Part shown: piece after piece, positions 29,538-40,034 of the stretch
Position numbering within the stretch: the first letter of the stretch is position 1
Layout of the letters: the number at the start of each line of letters is the position of its first letter
IMG/VR virus record: IMGVR_UViG_2889482124_000004
Span: 989 to 64,988 of that record
Length of the DNA: 64,000 bases
Direction: 5' to 3' (one strand)
Origin: a virus
Translations under genes and position numbers: made by a program
The notes under the pieces: generated by a model
The model's input: the letters and a program-made list of their open reading frames with translations, nothing else
Database searches by the model: none
Told to the model about the DNA's origin: nothing

Positions 29538-29762
29538 ATGCACGCGAAAATTCTTGCTCCCTTAGCCATCGCACTTTTAGTCAGTGCTTGTTCATCACCA
29601 CAGCCTACTTGGCGAAAAGCCAGTGTCACGCCAGATGATACAAAGAGTGCTTTGGCTCAGTGCAAGTATGACGTGGGCCTTAGCAAGGTAGCTGAGGCAA
29701 AAGAGCAAGAACTTGTTCGTAGCTGCATGGAATCTAAAGGCTTTAGGTGGGTCACATATTGA
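29538..29762 (+). CDS. Small lipoprotein moron (possible superinfection exclusion)
   Basis: LLVSA-C lipobox, C...CM..KG(F/Y) motif; opposite strand to the late genes. Confidence 0.7.
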   Translation: MHAKILAPLAIALLVSACSSPQPTWRKASVTPDDTKSALAQCKYDVGLSKVAEAKEQELVRSCMESKGFRWVTY

Positions 29763-29842
29763 TCCACCTAAAGTTACGAGCTGCGCCACCGGAGACTAGG
29801 GGTGAATCATAATTATTACATGAAACTTACAAGTATAGGCAC

Positions 29843-32362
29843 ATGGTTAATTTCAAAAAACACCTCGCTGGCACGGTCGTGGCCAAGCCGATCGATCCCG
29901 TAACCCTTTATGGCACGCTCGATCGTGAGCATGATAAAGGCCCCTTACGTCCAGCACAAGAAGCGGTCCTAAGGGCTTGGCACCAGAATCAGTCCAAGAC
30001 ACGCGATGTGATCGTAAAACTTCACACCGGACAAGGTAAGACACTGGTCGGTCTGCTGATGCTCCAGTCACGTCTTAATGCTGGAAAATCCCCTGTTGTC
30101 TATCTCTGCCCGGATAATTTTCTGATAAACCAGACCTGCGAACAGGCTAAACAGTTTGGCATCCGGACTTGTACAAGCGATGCCGATCTGCCTGAAGAAT
30201 TTATCAATGGCGATCGCATCTTGGTCACGTCCGCGAGTAAGCTTTTCAACGGCATGACCAAATTCGGCTTGAATCATCAGTCTATTCAGCTTGACACCGT
30301 CCTCATGGACGACGCACATGCCTGTGCCGACCGAATCCGTGAACAATGCCGCATTCGTATCCCTAGGGAGGAGCCCGCCTACGCGGGGCTTCTGGCGCTG
30401 TTCAATACCGAGCTCGAACAACAAGGTGCAGGTACGTTTGCCGAGATTGAGCAGGCAAAAAGGGACGCCTTCCTTCCGGTACCATATTGGAGCTGGCTCA
30501 CATACGAGAGCGAGATTGCCTCCATCCTAGCCCAAAATTCTGACCGCAAATCGATCAAATTCGCATGGCCGCTACTGAAGGACATGCTCAAGCATTGCCA
30601 GTGTATCGTCTCAGGCGCGGCGATCGAGATAGAGCCCTATGTGGCTCCACTCAATGCATTTGGTTCATACGCCAAAGCGGCACACCGAATCTTCATGTCG
30701 GCGACGGTGACCGACGATGCCTTTCTGGTGAAGGGGCTTCAACTTTCACCGGAGACCATTTCGAACCCTCTGACCTATACTGAGGAAACTTGGTCTGGCG
30801 AGAAGATGATTCTTCTACCATCGATTATTCATGAAGATCTCGATCGCGAGAGCCGCGTTAAATGGCTGGCGACGCCTGGGGAAAATCGAAAATTTGGACG
30901 TGTCGGTTTGATTCCTAGCCATTCACGCTCAAAAGATTGGGAATCTCATGGCGCGAGAATTACCGACAAGAACAATGTCGACGTCGTCATAGACGGACTC
31001 CGCAAAGGAAATTACGAGCAGACCGTGGTGCTTGTGAATCGTTATGACGGCATTGATCTACCCGATTCGACATGCCGTATCCTGATGTTCGATTCTAAAC
31101 CTTTCTCAGAAAGCCTGATCGATCTTTATGCTGAACGGGTGCGACCTAACTCCAAGGCGACGCTCACTAAGACGATGCGCACGATCGAACAGGGTATGGG
31201 GCGTAGCGTTCGTGGAGAGAAAGACTACTCCGTAATCATCGTCGTCGGAACGGAGCTTGTGCGCACCCTTCGCGATGCGTCATCCCGTTTTTATCTCTCG
31301 CCCCAGTTCGCTAAACAAATCGAGATAGGGCTCGAACTTGGAAAAATGGCGAAGCAGGAAATTGCTGATGGTGAGGACCCAGCCAGCGCATTCAACGGTC
31401 TAATCAAGCAGTGCCTTACCCGCGACGACGATTGGAAGACATATTATGCTGAACAGATGGCAGGAGTCGCGCCAGCTGGCGCCAATAAGGCCATTCTAAA
31501 TATTTATGCGACCGAACTGGAGGCCGAGAAGTACTACATAGCTGGCGACTATGGTGCAGCTACTGCAGTCCTGCAGCGCCTTCTCGACAGCGGCAGCCTA
31601 GATGCTGATGACAAAGGTTGGTATTTGCAAGAGCGAGCCCGCTACTTCTACAGCTCAGCGCGTCCTGATTCACAAAGTCAACAAAAAGCTGCCCATAAAA
31701 GCAATATGCTACTTCTTAAACCAGCGACCGGCGTGACGGTCACCCAACTGACGATGCGCAGCCAAGGGCGTGTCAATAGAGTCCAGAAATGGATCCAAAA
31801 CTTTGATAATTATGGAGCTTTAGATGTCGCGGTTACGGATATTTTGGGACGGCTCGCGTTCGGCGTAAATGCCGACAAGTTCGAACATGCGTTTAACGAA
31901 TTGAGCTTCGCGCTCGGATTTGCCGGAGAGCGCCCCGATGCGGAATGGAAGGAGGGCCCAGACAATCTTTGGGCACTCAATGACAAGCATTACCTCCTCA
32001 TCGAATGCAAAAGTGAAGTCGACGTCACCCGTGCTGAGGTCACTCAGCGCGAAACCGAGCAGATGAACCGAGCCAGCGCCTGGTTTGACAAGCATTATCC
32101 AGGGTTCGAAGCAAAGAGGATCATCATCCACCCTGCGGGCAAGATACAAAGTGCTGCAGCCTTCACTCATTCGGTCGAGGGCATGCGTGAGCATGATCTC
32201 AAAAAACTCGTGAAATCGTGCCGAGCTTTCTTTAAGGCTTTCGAAGGGCTCAACTTCAACGATCTTTCAGACGAACATACGCAGAAATTGATTGATCTTC
32301 ACAATTTGTCCGTGCCTGAGATCCTGTCCTCTTACTCGAAAAAGCTCAGGGAGCTGAAGTAG
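29843..32362 (+). CDS. SF2 helicase with C-terminal PD-(D/E)xK nuclease; Hna-like anti-phage protein
   Basis: [25 protein letters not shown] motifs; GPDNLW...IECK nuclease; 839 aa. Confidence 0.8.
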   Translation: MVNFKKHLAGTVVAKPIDPVTLYGTLDREHDKGPLRPAQEAVLRAWHQNQSKTRDVIVKLHTGQGKTLVGLLMLQSRLNAGKSPVVYLCPDNFLINQTCEQAKQFGIRTCTSDADLPEEFINGDRILVTSASKLFNGMTKFGLNHQSIQLDTVLMDDAHACADRIREQCRIRIPREEPAYAGLLALFNTELEQQGAGTFAEIEQAKRDAFLPVPYWSWLTYESEIASILAQNSDRKSIKFAWPLLKDMLKHCQCIVSGAAIEIEPYVAPLNAFGSYAKAAHRIFMSATVTDDAFLVKGLQLSPETISNPLTYTEETWSGEKMILLPSIIHEDLDRESRVKWLATPGENRKFGRVGLIPSHSRSKDWESHGARITDKNNVDVVIDGLRKGNYEQTVVLVNRYDGIDLPDSTCRILMFDSKPFSESLIDLYAERVRPNSKATLTKTMRTIEQGMGRSVRGEKDYSVIIVVGTELVRTLRDASSRFYLSPQFAKQIEIGLELGKMAKQEIADGEDPASAFNGLIKQCLTRDDDWKTYYAEQMAGVAPAGANKAILNIYATELEAEKYYIAGDYGAATAVLQRLLDSGSLDADDKGWYLQERARYFYSSARPDSQSQQKAAHKSNMLLLKPATGVTVTQLTMRSQGRVNRVQKWIQNFDNYGALDVAVTDILGRLAFGVNADKFEHAFNELSFALGFAGERPDAEWKEGPDNLWALNDKHYLLIECKSEVDVTRAEVTQRETEQMNRASAWFDKHYPGFEAKRIIIHPAGKIQSAAAFTHSVEGMREHDLKKLVKSCRAFFKAFEGLNFNDLSDEHTQKLIDLHNLSVPEILSSYSKKLRELK

Positions 32363-32757
32363 AGAATCTAAAAAGCATCCCATCGATCTAGGACGCGGCT
32401 GCCGAAATCGATGGATTCCACTGCGGATATTTGATGCAAAAGCGGATGATCGCCGCATGATATATGCGGTGTGGGCCGCATATATCAGCATGGCTGCCCA
32501 TTTTCACCAGAACCTGATGTGTGAGACCAGAATCGATGGCCGGGCTGGATCGTGTTCGGTCGCTAAACATAGATACGGCTGTTCAGGCAACTCAGAAGAT
32601 CTGAGGCACAAGATGCTCCTTAGCCGATGTAGATCACTGCCTTAGAAGTGCATTTACAACAGAAGGAATCTGAACCAAACTACCCTGAAAAGTCCCCCTA
32701 ATCGACCATCTTCTGAGCCAAATTTTCATATACCTTAGAATAGAAAGCACAATAGTT

Positions 32758-33429
32758 ATGCCAATTACAGATCTTAAGTCCAAAGCCATGTGTGACTCAA
32801 GCAGATATTTCGAAGAAAAAGCATTGCATGATCTTGAGGTTTCTGATCTGGCATTCATTCACTTAGATCGAATTCTTGGCTTCCAGCGACTATCAAACTG
32901 CACTCTTTATACTAGCCTTCATGATTTAATGAATACTGCACAAGCCTCCTTCAATAATAACAGAACCAGAATTTACACCCCACTGCTCGCATGCTTCGCT
33001 GTCTTAGATCAGATTGGAGGAGCATATGGCAGCAAATCAAAGTCAACAAATTATAGAGGGGGCATAAAAATTGCTCTTGATTTATTCGGAACATATACAG
33101 AAAATGAAATAGAAAAACTCTACGCACTTCGAAACGGCTTATATCATGACGGAAGCCTACTAAGCGTTAGCACCAATAAAAAAACTAATGTTATATTTCG
33201 TATATCTGAAGAAACGACGAACACCATAACCCATCCAAAACAAGAATGGGATGGAATTTATCATGACGACATAAACCAATACATCACAACCATCAATACA
33301 AAAAAATTCAAAAATGATATCGAAAATATAATTACAAAATGTACTAATGATCTCCTCACAGGATCTCTAGAAATGAAAATCAATTGTCCACGAGAATTTT
33401 TTTATAAATTCCTTTTTGCCAAAAAATAA
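32758..33429 (+). CDS. HEPN-like protein (RxxxxH), candidate defence effector
   Basis: Helical ORF with LRNGLYH motif; strongly AT-rich. Confidence 0.6.
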   Translation: MPITDLKSKAMCDSSRYFEEKALHDLEVSDLAFIHLDRILGFQRLSNCTLYTSLHDLMNTAQASFNNNRTRIYTPLLACFAVLDQIGGAYGSKSKSTNYRGGIKIALDLFGTYTENEIEKLYALRNGLYHDGSLLSVSTNKKTNVIFRISEETTNTITHPKQEWDGIYHDDINQYITTINTKKFKNDIENIITKCTNDLLTGSLEMKINCPREFFYKFLFAKK

Positions 33430-33530
33430 AATCAAAAAATCATAATTTTAAAATCAGCCATCAAATTAACTACCAACATATTATTCTTCACCTCGGATTA
33501 ATAAATTTTGGTTGCTCTTAAATTTTAAAA

Positions 33531-34513
33531 TTACGTGTCAAGTCCCCGACGATCATGAGGTTTGTTTTTAAATAATTCAGGCTTCTTTTTGTACCAATCC
33601 TTCATCGCCTGCATGGGGGTGATTGCCCCGAGTGCTGACTGCGGGAATTGCTGGTTGTAGAGGTATACATAACGCTGCAGCGTTGAGGCCAAATCTTCGC
33701 TGTCATGAAAGTGATGGCTCTTGAGCACTTCACTGATCCTGCCATTAAAACGCTCGACCATGCCGTTCGTTTGTGGTGAACGCACAGCGTGAGGCGATGC
33801 TCAATGCCAAGCTGCTGGCAAAGCTGATCAAACTCGTGCTCGCCAGTAGGCTCTCTGCCGTTTTGGCCTTTCTTGCTGGAAAACAATCTGTCTGTGAATT
33901 CTTTGCCGTTGTCAGTCAGGATCTTCTGAATGTGCAGCGGGCAGGCTTTGTTCAGTGCCTGCAGAAATGCCTTGGCATTGGCTGCGGTCTTGCTCTTCTT
34001 GATCTGCACGAACACCCACCTTGTGGCCCTGTCAATAGCCACAAAGAGGTAGCTTCTGCTGCTCTCGTCTTGCATCTGAGGCAGGTATTTGACGTCGATA
34101 TGGACAAAGCCAGGCTCATAGGCCTTAAATTTCTTTGCTGCTGGTTTTGGTGCCTTGGGAAGCAGTTCACGCAGATTACCAACCCCATGGCGGCGCAAAC
34201 AGCGATCGAGTCCTGAGCGAGAGACGTCTGGGCAGACGAATTCGCGCATCACCGCCAATAGGTCATCGAGTGGCAGCAGCAAGGTTTTACGCAGATGCAC
34301 TGCAATCATTTCTTGCCCATGGTTCATCACCGTTTGAAGTCGGTGGGCAGTATGGCTGCGATCCTCAAATGAATCGCGCCCTCTCCACTTGCGCACAGTC
34401 ACTACGGTGATGCCAAAACGCCTAGCTAAGGCTGCATCGGTTTCTGTACTGGCGGCAATCTCGGCACGCACTGCTGGGGTCGTGCGTGCCATCTTGTGCA
34501 GAGAAATTTTCAT
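33531..34513 (-). pseudogene. IS481 DDE transposase with a frameshift near 33787
   Basis: HIDVKYLP, VAIDRATR, LTDNGKEF in one frame; RSPQTNGMVERFN continues in another frame. Confidence 0.85.
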
Positions 34514-34638
34514 TGCTGGGCTCCTTGCGATACAGGCTTCTTGGCCGCTTTGAGCGCTTCGCGAAGCTCTTGCAGAACCTCTCTTGCTCGAAATAACGGC
34601 CAGCGGGAAATGCTAATAGTATCGTCAGGGATGCGACA
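33536..34638 (-). mobile_element. IS481-family insertion sequence with 6-bp target duplication ATTACG
   Basis: Ends TGTCAAGTCCCCGACGAT and (reverse complement) TGTCGCATCCCTGACGAT; ATTACG at 33530-33535 and 34639-34644. Confidence 0.9.
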
Positions 34639-34639
34639 A

Positions 34640-35938
34640 TTACGCCCTTGCTATAGCAACCTCAGCAAGCGACGTCGTGTAATGCGGCGTCCTGCGCTCT
34701 TGCCGCTTCTCCCATTTCTTTTTGCCCAACAATGCCGCGCCAAGCTGAATCGAACCGTGGCCAAATCGATCGGTCACGGCGTCGATCGCTTTCATGAGTC
34801 GCTTCGATTTCTCTGCGTCCTCAATGTCAAACAGACCCAGCTCGCTCTGGTGAATGGCCGCATCTTGCAGGTCCAGCAGCATCACTCCCGCCTTGCAGTA
34901 ATTGATGCCTGGTTTGTAGAGGCGCTTCAGGCCAGCGAGCGCGGCGCTTGTGATCTGCAGTGTGTCTGCGCAAGGCCTCGAAAGAGGCACGACGATTGAA
35001 CGCGAATACTGCGTGTCTTTAACTCTAAATGGACTTGTGCGCGCAAACACGAGGACTTGCCCGACGTTGCTGTTTTGCTTGCGAGCCTTGGCCGCCGCGC
35101 GAGTTGCAAACTCAGTGATTGCGCTTGCAAGCTCAGTGATTTCAGTCACTGGATGGCCGAAGCTCCGCGTGTGTGCGATCTCCTTTTTTGCAGCTGCTTC
35201 TTCGATACTGATGCATGACTGCCCATGAAGCTCGCGCCACGTGCGCTCGAGCACGACGCTCCACCGACTGCGCACGGTACCGGCGTCCAACTGCATGAAT
35301 TGCCAGATCGTCTCAACGCCCGAGCTTTCAAGCTGCTTGCTGATGCGCCGGCCAATGCCCCAGACTTCACCTATCGCAGTGTTTTCATAGAGCAAGCGGC
35401 GCTGACGGTCGTTGAGGTCGACCAGATTACACACTTTCCCTAACCGCACAGGGTAGCTGCCCGGCTTACGATCCGTGGTCTTTGCGATGTAATTGGCCAG
35501 CTTGGCTAGAGTCTTTGTCGAACCGATTCCGACACATGTGGGTATTCCGGTCCACTGCAGAATTTTGGTCCTTGTGTCCCAGGCGCGCTGCGTAATCTCA
35601 GTCTTGCGCACACCGGCCAGGCCGATGAATGATTCATCAATCGAATAGATTTCTTGCTCGGGCCCCATCTCTGCTGCGAGAGACATCATGCGGGCGCTCA
35701 TGTCTCCGTACAGCGTGAAGTTGGCCGAAAGCGCCACCAGGCCCGCCGTGCGCTCAAGGTCTTTAATCTGAAAGAATGGCGCTCCCATTTTGATGCCGAG
35801 TTGCTTGGATTCATCGCTACGGGCGATAGCGCACCCGTCGTTGTTCGACAGCACGACCATCGGCCGTCCCTGCAAGCGCGGCTGAAAAACTCGCTCGCAG
35901 CTGCAGTAAAAGTTATTGCCGTCGACAAGCGCAAACAT
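34640..35938 (-). CDS. umuC: Y-family DNA polymerase V catalytic subunit
   Basis: ALVDGNNFYCSCER, VVLSNNDGC, YSIDE, C-terminal DUF4113-like W..RQ...TP.YTT. Confidence 0.95.
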   Translation of the reverse strand: MFALVDGNNFYCSCERVFQPRLQGRPMVVLSNNDGCAIARSDESKQLGIKMGAPFFQIKDLERTAGLVALSANFTLYGDMSARMMSLAAEMGPEQEIYSIDESFIGLAGVRKTEITQRAWDTRTKILQWTGIPTCVGIGSTKTLAKLANYIAKTTDRKPGSYPVRLGKVCNLVDLNDRQRRLLYENTAIGEVWGIGRRISKQLESSGVETIWQFMQLDAGTVRSRWSVVLERTWRELHGQSCISIEEAAAKKEIAHTRSFGHPVTEITELASAITEFATRAAAKARKQNSNVGQVLVFARTSPFRVKDTQYSRSIVVPLSRPCADTLQITSAALAGLKRLYKPGINYCKAGVMLLDLQDAAIHQSELGLFDIEDAEKSKRLMKAIDAVTDRFGHGSIQLGAALLGKKKWEKRQERRTPHYTTSLAEVAIARA

Positions 35939-35940
35939 GG

Positions 35941-36396
35941 CTACACCTGGAACTGTTTAATGGTCGACGTAACGACTCCCCAGACTTCTAGGGTCTGACC
36001 ATCAGAAAAGATGATCTCTGGATAGTCAGGATTCGCGGGCAGCAGCTTTGTCAGGCTACCCTTTCGGAACAGCTGCTTGCATGTGAATTCGCCGTCGACC
36101 ACAGCAATCACGATATGCCCGTGCTTGGGCTCGACTGCCTTGTCGATGACAACAATGTCACCGTCAAAGATACCTGCATCACGCATTGATGTGCCCGCAA
36201 TGCGCAGCAGATACGTCGCTTGCGGATGCTTCACCAGCTCAGCACCGATGTCGATGTGCTTGTGCAAAAAGTCGTCTGCAGGGCTTGGGAACCCCGCTGG
36301 CACGCTTGAGAACATCGGCAACGGCAGTGGGTCACCGGGCAATACTTTGAGGGGGATTGTTGGGGCTTGCATGCGTGCATCATGCTCGCATGTCAC
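35941..36396 (-). CDS. umuD: Pol V accessory subunit, S24 autopeptidase
   Basis: VPAGFPSPA cleavage site, G.SM catalytic Ser, FTCK catalytic Lys. Confidence 0.93.
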   Translation of the reverse strand: MTCEHDARMQAPTIPLKVLPGDPLPLPMFSSVPAGFPSPADDFLHKHIDIGAELVKHPQATYLLRIAGTSMRDAGIFDGDIVVIDKAVEPKHGHIVIAVVDGEFTCKQLFRKGSLTKLLPANPDYPEIIFSDGQTLEVWGVVTSTIKQFQV

Positions 36397-36525
36397 CAGT
36401 GAAACAATCGATTAATGGTCAGTTTGATTGACCTTTAAACGTCAAACCAATTCATTGCGTGAATCGCCTTGATATGTGCCCAAGAGGTCACGCAATTCAT
36501 AGCCCAAAGTGCTAAACTTAACTGT

Positions 36526-37242
36526 ATGTACAACGGCACAGGCATCTATACACTTCCTGAAGCATCTCGCCTCATTGGCGTGCCTGCTCAGAAGCTGAAT
36601 CGCTGGTTCTTCGGGTATGGCTACTCGAAAAAATATGGCGATGAATCGGTGCGTGCGTTTTCCGCTCCTTTATGGGAGCCGCAGTTAAGTAGTGAAGAGT
36701 TTTCCTCTCCAGTCATTGGGTTCCACGATCTACTCGAAGCTCGTTTTGTTGATGCCTTTGTTGCTCATGGCATCCCATTGGTTGTCGTTCGCCGCTGCAT
36801 GGAACATGCTCGAGAGCTGTACTCACTTGAGTTCCCTTTTACGTCTGGCCGCTTCAAAACGGATGGCAAAACCATTTTTGCTGAAGAAGTTGAGCGGGCG
36901 ATCAAGGAAGACGCCCTGCTGGACCTGAAGACGAAGCAATTTGCCTTCAAGGCAATCATCAACAACTCTCTCTACGATGGTATTGAATATGCTGGCGACA
37001 TTGCATCTAAGTGGTACCCAGAAGGCAAACGCTCTCCAATCGTGCTCAATCCTTCGAGACAATTTGGCAGTCCAATTGTTGAGAGCACTGGCACGCCAAC
37101 CAAGATTCTGTTCGACTCTTACTTAGCTGAAGGCCAGTCTCCTGCCGCGATTCAGCAAACAGCGCGCACCTATGAAGTGCCCATCAAAGCTGTTGAGTCA
37201 GCCGTCCTTTTTGAAGAAAATTTGAAGCGGACAAGGCATTGA
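36526..37242 (+). CDS. VapB45-like HTH/DUF433 antitoxin
   Basis: GIYT..EA.RL HTH; F.DLLE; I..NP...FG.P......G.PT; start at ATG 36526. Confidence 0.8.
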   Translation: MYNGTGIYTLPEASRLIGVPAQKLNRWFFGYGYSKKYGDESVRAFSAPLWEPQLSSEEFSSPVIGFHDLLEARFVDAFVAHGIPLVVVRRCMEHARELYSLEFPFTSGRFKTDGKTIFAEEVERAIKEDALLDLKTKQFAFKAIINNSLYDGIEYAGDIASKWYPEGKRSPIVLNPSRQFGSPIVESTGTPTKILFDSYLAEGQSPAAIQQTARTYEVPIKAVESAVLFEENLKRTRH

Positions 37243-37649
37243 AGTTCTTTCTGGATAACAACCTGCCACCAAACTGGGCTGAATGCGTCTCTGGATGCAG
37301 TCGAAACCAGTTTAGTGACGGCCATGTTCAGACTGTTACTCATCTAAGGGCAATGTTCCCAGCCAGCACTGACGACCTAGTTTGGATTGAACAGCTTGGC
37401 CATGAAAAAAACTGGGCAATCATTTCCCAGGACAAATTCCGCAAAAAACAAGGCGGCGAGCGCTTAGCGCTGAAAGCCAGCGGCATCTCTGTGTTCGTGC
37501 TTCAAAAGTCTTGGTCCTCCTACCCTTATTGGGAAAAAACAGCCCAATTTATTCTTTGGTGGCCTAAGATTGTTGAACTGGCCAACAACGTCGAAGGCGT
37601 TGCAATGGAAGTTCCTTGGCGACTTTCAGGTAAGTTTCAGCAACTTTAA
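37239..37649 (+). CDS. VapC45-like PIN-domain toxin
   Basis: FFLDNNL...D..WI...IIS.D acidic motif; TTGA overlap with the antitoxin. Confidence 0.8.
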   Translation: MKFFLDNNLPPNWAECVSGCSRNQFSDGHVQTVTHLRAMFPASTDDLVWIEQLGHEKNWAIISQDKFRKKQGGERLALKASGISVFVLQKSWSSYPYWEKTAQFILWWPKIVELANNVEGVAMEVPWRLSGKFQQL

Positions 37650-37764
37650 ATTGCTCTGTCCAAGGCTTCATCAAAAAATAGTCGCTTGGGCAATGTTCAC
37701 GAACTGAAGCACCCCATACTCGTCGCAGTAATGGCGAAAAATCAAAAGTTGCGTTTTAAAAGCA

Positions 37765-40026
37765 CTATGGCATGACGCTCCACTGCTTTCCATTCCAAGT
37801 TGCAACGGTTCCGTTTCCACCACGGTAAGTCCTTCCAACCACCCTATCCTTTGGGTTTGCTGGGGCGTCAGCAATCTGCTCAGCACCCTCAACTCTCTCA
37901 ACCTGCCCTGACCTCTGGTTGTAACGGATCACACTTCCCTCAGTGGTTGAACCATCAGCGTTCTTGGTCTGAGGTGTCACTTGCACACGCCAATCGCTGC
38001 CATCCTGCTGCCCCGTCAAAGTGCGCAAACGCTCTGCAATCTGCCCGCGCCGCTTCTCTGCCGTACCCTCTGCCAGCAATTCTTGCTGCAACCCTGCAAT
38101 AGCTTGCTCACGCTCAAGTGCTGGCTGGTTGCGTTGCTGCTCATAGGCCTGGCCATCACGCTCCAACCCCAGGCGCTCGCGCTGCACTGCATTCGCGTCT
38201 GCATCGCGCTGATTGGCGCCGGCTTGCGCCAGAGCTGCACGCTGATTCTGGCCTGCTTCTTGCGCTACAGCCAGTTGCCTGCGTGCTTCGCGCTCTGTTT
38301 CCCCTGTGGCCTGCTCTGCTGCGATTCGCGCATTCTGCCTGCGCTCTTCTCCTACATTTCCCAGGCCAGCTGTCATCACGCCTGCAGCAGAGCGACCAGA
38401 CACGCCACGGCCAAAGCGCTGCAGGTCTTGCGCCGCCCAGCGTGCATGGTTCATGTCCATGCGCCGCTCGCGCGATGCGCGCTGCTCCGCAGAGAAAGGT
38501 CCTGCATCCACGACCATGGTGCCGCCGAAACCAAATCCTGATGGCTGTTCTGCGGCCGCCGCGCCAGCTGGTGCCGTATATCCCGGCAAGCCTCGGCCAT
38601 TTCCACGATATGCGCCCGCCTCAGCCGCCGCTTGGGCTGTCGTTGATGGACTGCCAAGTCCGCGCGGCAAGTTCATGCCATTTGGATCGTCGCTGTACTG
38701 GCCGCGACCGTGCCGGTACGCACCTAGCGCCACTTCTGTGCCCTGCTGAGCAGCTCGAGCTGTTGCGGCCGGACTTCCCAATCCTTCAATTGAGGGAAAG
38801 CCAATAGCTCGATTTGCCTGTTGATCTATATTCTGCAGCCCGAGCTGTGGTTCGCGTAAAGGGCCAAGGCCACGTGCATTGCTATTTGCCGCAGGCGCTT
38901 GTGGTGCAGCAGTACTAACGGCCTGGGTTTGCTCTGCAGACTGCTTTGCCTGGCTTCGTAGATCTGAGAATGGTGTCGGGCTCGACACGTCGGCACCAGC
39001 GGGCGTAAGCGCTGGGCTGAGATATGCTGCATTGAATCCTGCTGCGCGCATTGGTCGAATCACAGCAGAGTCATAAGCGCCAGCAAGGCCGCGTGGAATC
39101 ATTGTGGCTGCATCCGCAACTGCTGCGCCCGCATCAGCGCCCCACCCCTTCACCTTATTCACGACTCCGCCAACCGCCTGCCGGTCTGCCTGAGCTTGTG
39201 CGCCCAGCGCAGACGCTCCAGCAGGCTGCGTTACTGGTGCCTTCAATCGTGTTTCATTGGGAATTTGGTCTGCAAGGCTTGTCGTCGGTGTTTGCGGCGC
39301 CGGTGCTGCAGCGCGCTGGTGCGTGGCAGGAAAGCTTTGACGCCCTTCCCATGATGGCATTCCAAGCCGGGGCTCTGCAGCTGCTGGCTTTGGCGCATCC
39401 GAGAAGCTGTTACCGGAGCGTTGGATACCAAAGCCGCGAGGAGCATTATTGGCGGGCGCTTGTTGGGGTGCTGCTGGCTGCGTGCTCTGCTGTGCAGCTG
39501 GTGCCCGTGGCGCATCTGAATAGCTGCTACCCGTGCGCTGCACACCTGGTGCGCCGGCAACACCTGTATTTTGTCTTTGGCGCTCATCCTCAGACACAAC
39601 GCCACCAGTAGCGCGCCGCAAGAGGCCAAAGCCACCAACTTGCCCGCCATTGGCAAAATAACGCTGCGGCTCTTGCGGCTGTTGTCCAGGCAAACCGCCG
39701 ACTGGCTGGTGAGTGGCTGCTTTAATTTGGTCCAGCGCCTGGACGCCAATAGCATGCACCTGCTCGGGCGGCAGTTCATGCTCGCCGTTGCTCACGGCAA
39801 CAGGCACACCGCTTTGGCTATTCCCCATCTGCATGAGGTTTTCATGGCCCAGCGCCAGGGAAGAGTCTGCGGGCATCACATAGCTGCCCTCTGGCATCGT
39901 CGTTTGGATGCTGTCAGAAGTGCCCGTGCCTGGCCCGCGAATTGGGCCGCCATTGCGAAAAGACTTGAGGCCAAGCCGTGGTTGTTCTGCAGGGGTTGCT
40001 TTTGGTCTTGGCTTGAGTCCGTACAT
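37765..40026 (-). CDS. Internal virion/DNA ejection protein
   Basis: GG.I.GPGTGTSDSI...SNGE motif; low-complexity Ala/Gln/Pro; lies between head-tail genes and the giant protein. Confidence 0.7.
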   Translation of the reverse strand: MYGLKPRPKATPAEQPRLGLKSFRNGGPIRGPGTGTSDSIQTTMPEGSYVMPADSSLALGHENLMQMGNSQSGVPVAVSNGEHELPPEQVHAIGVQALDQIKAATHQPVGGLPGQQPQEPQRYFANGGQVGGFGLLRRATGGVVSEDERQRQNTGVAGAPGVQRTGSSYSDAPRAPAAQQSTQPAAPQQAPANNAPRGFGIQRSGNSFSDAPKPAAAEPRLGMPSWEGRQSFPATHQRAAAPAPQTPTTSLADQIPNETRLKAPVTQPAGASALGAQAQADRQAVGGVVNKVKGWGADAGAAVADAATMIPRGLAGAYDSAVIRPMRAAGFNAAYLSPALTPAGADVSSPTPFSDLRSQAKQSAEQTQAVSTAAPQAPAANSNARGLGPLREPQLGLQNIDQQANRAIGFPSIEGLGSPAATARAAQQGTEVALGAYRHGRGQYSDDPNGMNLPRGLGSPSTTAQAAAEAGAYRGNGRGLPGYTAPAGAAAAEQPSGFGFGGTMVVDAGPFSAEQRASRERRMDMNHARWAAQDLQRFGRGVSGRSAAGVMTAGLGNVGEERRQNARIAAEQATGETEREARRQLAVAQEAGQNQRAALAQAGANQRDADANAVQRERLGLERDGQAYEQQRNQPALEREQAIAGLQQELLAEGTAEKRRGQIAERLRTLTGQQDGSDWRVQVTPQTKNADGSTTEGSVIRYNQRSGQVERVEGAEQIADAPANPKDRVVGRTYRGGNGTVATWNGKQWSVMP

Positions 40027-40034
40027 ACTCTGTC

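Noticed and set aside
36406-36540. Possible LexA boxes near umuD (ATCGATTAATGGTCAG; CTGTATGTACAACGGC)
   Set aside because: Only half-sites match CTGT-N8-ACAG
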